From positions 30,219 through 94,218 of the IMG/VR virus record IMGVR_UViG_3300037851_000215: DNA of 64,000 bases. The stretch is one strand, 5' to 3'. The stretch comes from a virus. The stretch's first letter is position 1. Each line of letters opens with the position of its first letter. Below, in pieces: positions 1 to 12,000 of the stretch. Below the pieces are notes generated by a model. The model saw only the letters and a program-made list of their open reading frames with translations. It was not told where the DNA came from and did no database searches. The translations under genes were made by a program, and so were the position numbers.

Positions 1-3000
1 TTTGTTGATTTAAGGGGAGTGACAGAATAAAATCTCTAAGATAATCTTTTTTAGTTTCTTTAAATTCTTCGTCTCTAAAACGATTACTTATATAATTATT
101 TAGACGTTCTTTTTGTATATCAGATAATATTTCATTTAATGCTTGTCTATAATTATTATATTTATATTTAGCTAATGAAACAATTTTACCATTTATAATA
201 CGATGTTGATTAAGCATAGCAAATAATGTAGTATTTTGTAGATAATGTTCACCAATATCATTCATAAAATACATACTATTTGTACTTAATAAATCTTTCT
301 TTAACATTCCGCTAGTATAATCTTTTTCATTAGTATTTTGAGTTATATCAAAATATTTAATTAAAGCATTAGTTAATGTACCTGATTTTAATTTACCTAG
401 TGTATTAATCATATCAGGAATAGCTGCAATATACATTTTATCTGCTTTAGTTAAATCGGCATTATTGAAATACCACCCAGCAACAGATTCAAGTTGATTT
501 TGTATTTTACCAAATACAATGTTATTTACACCAGCAGTAATATTAAACCACATATTTTTAGCAGAAGAATATTTAATCATAATTTTAGCTATTTTGGTAA
601 AAGTACCTTCATCTATATCAAAATTACCATAATAAATAGCTTCAATCCATTCTGCTAAATGTTTTTCTAAATTAGTACCTTGACCCTTTTTAGTACCAAT
701 TACTGTTTTATCTAATGTTCTACCTGCTAATTTATTTTTTAATAATTCATTTTTACTATTTCGTTTATTAAAATCCATTTGACGTAATCTATGTAATGAA
801 GCATCTATATCAAATTTCATACCCATTTTAGCTTTATATATATTAGCTTCTCGTATAAAATTAGAAAATACTTCATATAGATTATAGTTAATACGTTTAG
901 CATTTAATTCAATATTTTCAGCACGTATTTTTTTATTTTTATCACGAACTTCTGCTAATGAATTAAAACTACCTCTACCAGCTTGTCTTATATCATTTAA
1001 TACATCTTTTTCATAATCTTCTAGTGTTTCATTAAATCGTCTATCTCTAAACTTAATTTCTTCCTCACGTCCTAAAAATTGAACCATTGGAATACCAAGT
1101 ATATAAACAAGTTCATCATTCATACCGACAAATGAATCACTTTTTTTATTTGCAGCATGACTTTCATACCATGCTTCAAGTTTTTCACTGATAGACATAT
1201 TCTCTTTATCAAAAGCAGACATAGTAGGAATAAATCCATCATTCAATATAGTTTTTCTACCAAAGTAATCAGTATATTTACTAATTATTTCAGTAAGTTT
1301 ACTATAAATAGGATCATCTTTAATAGCTTTCCATTCAGGATTTATATATTTATCAGAAGGAGTTTTAAACATACTATCTCCCATTCTAACATATGTTTTA
1401 TCTCCTTTCTTAATGAAATTACGCTTTTTCCATTCGTTAAATTCATATTCAATTAATTCTTCTTGTTTTTGACTTATAACTTTTTGAACTTCTTCATCAG
1501 AAACAGCAGTAATTTCATTATCCCTAAACCATGCAAGAGCACCATTTATATAACTAGGTGTACCTTTACCGTAAGTTTTAGTTAAATATCTAAATCTGTT
1601 AGCTTTATCAGTATAATATTGTTCCCAATTATATTTTTGAACTAGTTTACCTGTACGTTTACCATTTTTAATTTCAAGATATTTAATAAAATCGGCTTCA
1701 GTAATAGCAGTTAAAGGTTTACCTAATTTAGCAATAAGTAAATTTTCAAATTCAACTATATCTACATTACCTTCTCTTTTACCTTTATTCATAGCTATAC
1801 TGAATTTTTTTACTAAATTAGCTACAAATGCATTGTTAGTATCAGATAATGCATCTAACCATAGTTGAACGTAACTTTCATCATCAGCTACTTCAAATAT
1901 CTTACGTAAACCATCTAATATTTCAGGATTACTTGTATAATTTAATAATTCAGCTTCATAATAACTTTCTAATAATTTATTAAATTTATTATTAGCATTA
2001 TCTATTTTAGTACTTAAGTTTTGTAGTTCTTTAATAAGATTATTAATTATACGTTCTTCTTCAATAAAATTATCTCCATCTACAGATGTAAGTTCTTTAA
2101 TATGAACCCACCCCTTTAAAAAAGAAAGTGCCTTTGACATAAAACCAGTAAATTCTTTTCTCTTAATAGGATCATTTATTATATCAGTCATATTAGCATT
2201 TTCATACTCATCTAACCGTATAAGTAAACCACCTTTAAATTTATTATCTGGTTTAGAAAGTAATACATTACTTGCATATTGTAATGTTGCAGTAAGAGCA
2301 GTAGCAAAATTAGCAAGTCCTATTTCTGTAATTTCTCTTTCTAATCCTAATCCTTTAAGCATATCAAATAATTCTTTAGCTTGTTTATTAGCTGTATTAA
2401 TTCTTATAAGATTAGGAAGATTACCATATATTCTCTTAATAAGTTGATCTGCTGTATTAATTGCATTATTAACTGATTGAACAGGAGAAGAAGTATAAGA
2501 AGAAAATTTAATGGAAAGTTGAGGATTATCTGGATATAATTCATTTAATATTTCAGCTAATGCTCTTGCTTGATTTATATTACTAGTTGCAAATTTATCA
2601 GTAAGTACTTTATTTCTAGCATTAATACTTAGTTCACGAATTAATTCAGGATTTTGTTTAGCCCATTCTCTCCAAGCATTAAGATATGCATTCCATTGTT
2701 GTTCTCTAGTAATATTACCTAATGCTGGTTTACCTTTACCTTCCTTAATACTTAAATATCCTTTTACACTTACTTGATAATATTCTTCAATAGACATTTT
2801 ATGAGTAAGTGTACTTAACTGTCCAGTTGTATCATGTAATTGTTCTAATTGTGCACCTGGATTTAAAATAGCATAAAATGCACTAAATCTTTTATCTCCT
2901 GCACTTGATACTTCATATGATTTAGTAGAATATCTTGACCATGTATAATGAGTTCCTTTAGTATTTATATCTATTTCTTCTTCTATTCCACTAGCATTAT

Positions 3001-6000
3001 CATTAGCAACTGCATTATCTAACAATTTGTCAATAGTACCAATGTATTTATATTCAAATTGCTGTAAATCATTAGCAGCATCTAAATGATTGTCATGAAT
3101 ATAAGATATATCCCAACCTTCTTTTGCACTCCATTCTTTTCTAGCAGCAAGTGTACTTAAATCAATCTTATGTGGAGTTCTAGTAATTTGTATATATTCA
3201 CTAGTACCTTGTAATCTAACAAATTGACCTATTTTAAGTTTTTCCCATTTTTTAGCTTCATTACCGTGTCTAGTAGTAGCAGTTCTATGACCGGCTCTAA
3301 CTAAATCTAATGTAGTAGTGTATTCTTTAAGTTCGTCTCTAAACTTACCATCTTTAATACTCATATTCATAGCAAGATCGTTAGGATATACATTTTCACT
3401 AATTATATCTTTTTCACGCATCTTACTAATTAATTCCCTATATATTTCATCAGATGCTATAACAGTACCATCTGGTAATTGATTATTATTTGGAAATATA
3501 CTTTTAGATTCAACTTCATTTTCATTTAATTTAGGAACAGGATAATAATAATATGTACCAGTTATTTGATCATTTTCATCAATATTAACATAGTCAATTA
3601 CTTGTTTAAAAACAATCCATTCTACTTTATCTTTTTCTCTAATTTGAAGTTTAATGAATTTGGCTTTACGTACATTATTCCATGCTCTACTTGTATTTAT
3701 ATCATTCCATTTATTAGCAGGAATAGATATTATTCCATTGTTATTTGGTCTAAATAAAGGTAATTGTATATTTACTTCATCTCCTTGAAAATCACGAATT
3801 TTTGTAAATTGTGCTTCTTTAATTACACCACCATCTGGAACAAGTAAATTATTTCTCCAATTAGTACGCAATATCATATCAAAATAATCAATTCCAAATA
3901 ATGAAGCAATTAATTCATTTATTTCATTTTCTTTAGCTAATGTAAGTTTATTTGCAGTAGCTATTCTAAGTTTACTTTCTAAATGACTACTTAAATTAAT
4001 TCCTTTTTCATTATCTGTACCTTCAATAAATGCTTCTGTACTATTTGAAAAAATACTAACAGGAAGTAATTTACTATATGAATTAAAACCAAATGTAAAA
4101 CCAGATGTTAAATATTCGTATTTAACTAAATTTCTAGCAAGTACTCTTTCATATATATCATCACTATACCATAATGTAGTAAACGACTCAGTCATAGCAT
4201 TTGGAATATCATTAGGTATTAAATTAATTAAATGATATCCATTTCTTTCTATATCTGTAATTAGTAATTTAGTATCTAAATAATTTAAAATATGATTACT
4301 ATTATAATTACGTTGATCTAATAATAATTTAATTTGATTAGCTGCACTAAGTTCTTCAAATGCACTTATATTAGTTAAATCTCTAGTATTTACTTTTAAA
4401 TTTACATCAGTATTAATACCAAGAATTCTATGTTTTTCTGTAGTATTCATAGTATTTAACCAAGGTAAATCTTTAATAGCAGCAGTAGTTAGATATTTAT
4501 TAATTCTATTACTTAACTGTTTATCATATTTAACTTGATTAATATAATTAAATATTTCAGATTTGATATATTTTACTACATCTGTTTCACTTAGAAAATA
4601 ATTACTAAATGCTTTAAGACTTAATAAATTAGAAAATGTTAAAAATTGTTCTAGAATAGGATAAACACTTTCTTTATTTATTCCGAAATATTTAGGATAA
4701 ATAGCTACTGCTGCATTAGTTGTACCAACATCTAATAGACCACGTTCTGCAAATCTATTTATACTATATTCTAGTGAATTGGTAGTAGTAAATGTAGGTC
4801 CAGCACCAATACTATCAGTATTAAAAATATTTACTGCATCTGTAATTGTTTGTGCATAATGTTTATATACTTTAAATGTTTCAAGTAATTGTAATTGATA
4901 ACGTATGTGTTGTTCTAATTGTTCTAATCTAGCTTTATCAGCATTATCGCTTTTTAATATTGCATCTATTTCTTCTGCTGTAGTTGTATTTAAATTATCG
5001 AACAATCTATTAAATTCTATATTTATAGGTGTGTTATTTTTATATCCTAATATACCATATAAATAAGATTGTGCTTCATCACTATATGGAATAAATATAT
5101 TTTTACCTTTACTAATTTCATTATCCCAAGATTGTACAGATTTACCTGTACGTTTATTTATAAGTTTATATAAAATAGTTTGATATTTAGTTTTAATAAT
5201 ACTTATTTCTCTACCACGTTGAATAGTATGTAAATTATCAAAAAAGAATTCACTTAATTCACGTACAATAGGTTGATTAATTAATGTAGTAGATACATCA
5301 TAAGTAGAACCAATACTAACTAATAATTTCCAAATAGGAAGAGTATATTCATTAACATTATTAGGCAATGGTTTCCTACCTGCATCCAATACGTTAGCTG
5401 TAATTTGTGCAGAATATGTATCTATATGTTTACCTAAAACGTTAACAAAAGTATTAGCAGGATTATTAGTTAAATATCGATGTGTTACAATTGCATATTC
5501 TTTATTATTACGTGTCTCAAATCTAACATCCTGTTTGTAGTTTTTAATTAATTCTTTTTTATCTATTTCATTAGTAATTTCATATTCAATAATAGGTAAT
5601 GTATCTAAAACAGTACCAATAAATGGACTATTTCTATCAATATTATTTGCTAAAGTAATTCTAGCAATTTGAGCAATAGCATTAAACCTATCAATAGAAA
5701 TAGTAGTTCCTTTTAGATTAACACTTTGTTGTGATTTATCTCTATATTCTTGCTGACCAGCGAATGTAAGAATATTACTATTTTTACTAAATGGAAATAA
5801 TACTTTATTTATTTTACTATTTATTTTTTGAATATCATCAAAACTAGAAGTAAAAATAGTTTCTAAAAAATGTGCTGGATTAGTGAGAATAGAATAATAT
5901 ATATCTACAATCTGATTTTCTCTAGCACGTTTAGTATTTTGTGCTGAAATACTCCAATTTTCAATTATAGCTTTAACTTTATTTTTCAAAGCTATATATT

Positions 6001-9000
6001 CAGGTGTGCTTTTATAATTTATAAATGCTTCTCCGAAATCAGATTGCGTTTTAGCAAACAATTCTTCATGTAAATCAGTAAGATTATAAAGTAAAATTCG
6101 TTTGTTTTTACCTTTTGATTTAGTAAGTTTAATTTCAATATCACGAATTTTATTTACTACTTGTGTTAATCTAGCATCATTTTGAATATAATTATTTAAT
6201 TCAGTATTTTGTTCTTTATATTGTTTTATTAAATTATTGTAATCTGTTAATATAGAAATAATAGTACTTACATTATGTTCTTGCGATAATACGTGAATTA
6301 AATCTTCTTTACTGTCTAATATTGCAGTTACTCTATTATTTAAATCATTTTCTGTAGTACCTGTTATATATTCAATAGTTGATATTTTATCAGATTTAAC
6401 ACCATCTATAGTTTCATATTTACGTTGTAAATTATACAACATACTGTATACAGTATCCATATCAAAGTCAGAACCTGTTTGAGTAATAAATTCATCAGGT
6501 AATACTATAGCAGGACTGTTACTATCTGGTAAAAAACCAACTACTTTAAAAACATACATACTATATTTAGCTTCAGTAGGAATACGATAACCTATCATAG
6601 TCCTTACTTTATCTGGTATAGTATTAATATCAACTAGTTCACCCTCTTTATAAAAATATTTACTCCATCTAGGAAGTAATACTTCTGCTTCAATTATTTT
6701 TACACCATTTTCATCAAATGTTATATTTGATCGTAATTTAAGATCATTGCGTGAAGTAATTTCATTATGCCAATTTATTCCAGTAGTATTTTCAAGTTCA
6801 GATTGTTTTACTCCTTTCTTTTTATTCATAAATACAGATGACATCTGAGCAGCATGAACTCCAGGAAATTTCTGATTTGTAACACCGTTTGTAATAATAC
6901 TTGTTAAAAGATTTTCAAATTTATTTACAAAAGGACTAAAGAAAATAGGAAGATTAGCATAACCATTATTACCTATATTTAATGAATATACTACGTTTTT
7001 AGGTAAACCTCTATTTATTGCTTCTTTCTGTAATACTTCTAATATCTTTTCATATTCTATTTCACCTACAATGTTACCATTATTATCAATACTAACATCA
7101 AATGGTAACATAGTCTTATTTGCACTATGCCATATATTATTATTAAGTAAATCAAAATATTGAGTTTTTAAATCTTTACCTAATGTTTCAACACCATTTA
7201 TATTATATTTAGTATTATCATTTATATTTAAAATAATTTTCTTTGCTATCTGTCGTCCTAATGTATTTACTTCTTCCAATATATGATCTGGAATTTCTAA
7301 TTGCATATGAAGTCCTTTGTAATTATAAGGACGTTTACCTAAAGTAAGTTCATTAATAATATCGTTATCATCTAGTAATTTACCTTTTTTATCTGTTACA
7401 GTACCTATATGTAATGAACCTACTTTTTCAGCACTTGCAAAATTAAGTTGTCCAATTCCAACCTGTTTCATTAATTTATTAATAGTAGAAAGATCTAGAT
7501 CTTTAATTAAATCAGGAGTTAATACTATTTCTGCATTTTTAATTTGAACAGGAACCATTTTCTGCAATTCATGTGAATATTCAAAATCATAAAAAAAATT
7601 CTTTTGAATAGCAGCAAATTTAGAAATTTCATCTCTATTTAAAGGTGCTTTATCTCTAACTTTGTCAATAATATCTTTATATGAATCATATAAACCAAAA
7701 CCTTTAATTCTATTTATAAATTCTTCAAAAGTTATTAAAGATACTGAGTCAGCACTATCATTTCTTAGATAAGGGGATGTTATATTATATATCTTTAATT
7801 CTATAGCAGATAACTTAGGTATATTATTATCTATCTCTTCATCAGTGTATACTTTATTAAGTTTATTTATACGATATGTAGTAGTACCATCTGGATCTAA
7901 TATCTGATGTGTCATACGTACTAATTCATTATATATTTTAGATTTTAAAACTACATCTGATACAGTACTAGCATAAAATACACCAGGATTACTGTTAGAA
8001 AGACCATTAGCCAATACTTCACCAGCACGTTTGTTTAAGTCGGTTTGTGATATATAATCGGCAATACTACCATGAAATAATCTAGTTTGTTCTATATTAA
8101 ATAGATATGTATTTAAAGCATATTCTAATATAAATGTATTATATGTTTTATTTTTTAATAATTTATTAAGATTATCACTATAAACTACATCTCTATTTTC
8201 ATTGCGTAAATAACTATTACTAATATAATCATAATATATGCCTAATTTAGAAATAGCTGTATTAGTTTGTTGCTGAATAAATCTAAGTACATAATTTTCT
8301 AATAAACTTTTAAAATTAGTACCATTCATATCACTAGATAGTGCAACAGCTAAACTAGGACTATTAAGTAAGTGTTCAGTAAATGATAAACCATTTAATT
8401 TAAAATCATTAAAGGTAGTCATTTTACCTTTATTTATAACACTCATATTTTGTAATGAAAATACATTACCACTATTAGCTAAATCAAGTTCTAATTCATT
8501 ATTTTCATTTAGTTTAAATGATAAATAATTCTTATTTTGATTTTCATCTAATTTATAATGATAATATTTTTGAGTAGATGTACTTACATCTGCAATATTA
8601 GATTTTAATTTAACTTTACCATCTTCTATTATAACACTACCATCTTCATTTAATTCAAATAGAATTTCTTTAGCAGTTTGCATTGCAATCATTTCATCAA
8701 TGACTACATTAAATAATGCTTTAAAAATAGGAGTATCTTTTATTTTATTTAATCTTTCTTCATTAGGTATATTAGCTGATAGAATACTATAAAAATTGTT
8801 ATTTAATTCAATAATAGGTACTTCAAACAACATAGTATGTTTTCTATCAGATGGATTAAGTAAAGGCATTATAGCAGTTTCTTTACCTACTATTTCCTTT
8901 TTACTATTATATTTATATCTACCACCTGCAAGATAATAAACTAAACTTTTAAGTGTCCAATCAAATCTAGCTAAATCTGAATATTCAGTACCTTTATTAT

Positions 9001-12000
9001 CATCACGATTTTTACTACCTTGATATACAAAATTCTTAAATATAGATAGATTATGTTTATTAATACTATTATATCCTAATGGTATTTTTTTACCTTTTTC
9101 TATAGTATAGTTTAATATACCACGACCTTGTTCAATTAAATTACTGTTATCTATACGATCCCCCCATAAAATAAGAGAATGCTGATTACTTGGAACAAGC
9201 GCATATTTAGAAAGAAAAGCAAATATAGATTCATCAGTACCATTACGTAGTTCTTCAAAGAAATTACTAATAAAGCTAGGATTTCTAGGATCGAATATTA
9301 AATTTCCTTTTGTATTAATAGAACTATGATTAAAATGATCTATTCTAAGAAATTTAACTACATCAGCTAATTCACGTAATCTACCAAATTGATTAAAAAC
9401 TAATTTATTGTTTTTATTATAAAGTTCAATAAATCCATTAGCTTCTTTAGCAAATGGATCACTTTTAATATAAAGAAGTGGATTTAATAGTTTATTTATT
9501 ATATTATTACGATTAAGATTATATTGATGCATTATAGTATCAACATCTATCTCAATACCTATTTTATCAAATAACATAGATAACTGTTCAGCAGTTTGAT
9601 CAGTTATAACTGTAAAATTACGAGTTTGTACAAATAATGCTTTATATGCATCATTCCATTCTTTAATCCAAGTATCATTAAATATATTGTTTTCAGCTCT
9701 ACTTATAATAGTTCCAATCCATTTATTAGCAGTAACATATGAAAATGAATTTCTATTACCACTATCTAAATCGATCTCATTACCTAAATAAGTAGTTCTA
9801 TTTAAATCTATATATGAGTCAATAATAGCTTTATCATATTGAGTAAACCATGTATTAAGTAAATCTGGATCACTTTTAAGTTTTTGCCAAACTTGTAATA
9901 ATGATTTACCTATTGGATGTTTACTATTAGATGCAAAATTAAATAGAATATCTAACATTTCTTGCTTATTTAAAGCAGTACTCATTAAATCTCTAATTTT
10001 ACCATCTAATTCATTATAATTAAGATAGTTAGCAAACCCTGTTGGAGTTTCAATATTTGATTTAAATATATAATTACCTTGATTATCTATAGTAATATTA
10101 TTAGGATCAATCTCAGGAGTAGTATTAATTAAATTTTTAATTCTATCACTAACTGTTAAAATAGGATGTTGTGAAATAGCTTGATTTTCATCCCAACTTT
10201 TAGATAGATATTCTACTTCATCTTGATAATCATCTATTTCATGAATATTATATCCATTATTTTGAGAAAGTTGAACTTTAAATAATTTCCAAAATGCATC
10301 ATTATTTCTAACTTCATCACGAAGTTTAAATAATAATTCTTTTTGTGAATTAGAAAGTTGTCCTAATTCAGCCGCTTTACGACCTTTTCTACCTATATTA
10401 GCAAGTATATCTTGACGTATTTTATTCTCAGCAATATCTTTTACTTTAAGATTTTTATATTCATTACTAATTTCAATAAAAGCAGCTGTCATTAAACTAA
10501 TAACATTTCTTTCTTCTTCTTCAGAGAAATTAGAACCTGTTTGTTCAGTATTAAGTGTAGAAAGATAAGAAGAAAATTTAATAGTTTGTAAATCACGTTC
10601 TTCATTAATTTCTACTTCCCACCAATCATTTTCATATTCATCAGTAATACGTTGTGCATTATATAGCTTTTTAAGAATATTACCTATACGATTTTCATAA
10701 AATGCTTCAATAGGTTTGAGTTTTTCTATACCTTGTGATTTTAAGTCTTGTTTTTCTTTTATTTTATTTTCTAATATATATTTAACGTTTTCATTATATA
10801 ATTCAAAAGCTTCATTTTTAATAGTGTTATATCTATTATCAAATTCATTTTTAGTTATTTCTAACCCAGATTTATAATATTTATCACCTTTAACACTATG
10901 TGTTTTATAATAATGTTCTGTTAATCCATCTTCATTACTATCAAATTTATTAGGATTTTGTAAAGTTGGAAATTTATCAATAGTGGCCTTATCGTTTTGT
11001 AATAATTCAATTTCTTTATCAATTCTTCTTATCTCATCAGCAATAGTTCCATGTCCTTCAATCTTAGCAGCAGTTTCACCAGTAGGAAATACAACTTTTT
11101 TAAATTCACGTAAAGCACTATCTTGAACTATAGTTTTAATAAAGAAATTTATCCAATTACTTTCTTTATTAAGAAGTTGAAGAAATTGATTTTTAGATAT
11201 ATCTTGTTCAGTTAATACTGCATATTTATTAAAACTTTTAACAGCTTGTCCTGTATCAAAATATCTTCCTGCTTGTTCATTTGAAATAGGTTTTAATACA
11301 GAATGATATTTACTTGTACCGATAAAATTATCATCTTCATCATAATCATCAGTAATTTCTTGTTCAATTGTTTCTAAAAACCATTTTTCTTCATTTGTTT
11401 TAATTAAACGATCTCCATCAGATTCTCTTAAATCAAATATTTCTTCAGCTACTATTCCTGTTAGTATATCAATATCTCTAGTTTTCTGAAATTCAGATTG
11501 AACTTCAAGAATACGTCTAATATTAATAGTTTGTTGTACTCTTTCAGTATTTAATTCAAATTCTTTATCATATTCTTCTTTAGTAATTTCTTTTCCATCT
11601 TTAGTAAATTTTGATGTATTATTAACAACATCTATATCTATATTAATATTAGATATTGTTTCAGATCTAATATCACTTCTAAACCATCCTATGCTATTAG
11701 TAGGAATACCTCTTCCACCAGGATCTTGTGTAAAAGCAGCATGAGATTGCATAATAGGAACTATTTCAGGTGTTCTAATATCATATTCACGATAATTAGT
11801 TCCACCTGGAGCAGTTAAATTTTCATAATCAGCAGAAGGTAAGCTACCAACATGAGCAATTAATCCACCAGCACCATCATATTCTCTATCACTATAATCA
11901 AATCGTTTTCCTAAATTAACTTCAATAGAATAAGAAAGTGAACTAGATAAATTTAAAATAAGTTCATCTAAATTAACATCCTTAGTATTACTTTGTAGAT

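Noticed and set aside
1157-3757. Plus-strand ORFs 1157-1456 and 3566-3757
   Set aside because: Antisense shadows of the RNAP gene with I/F-rich, non-protein-like composition
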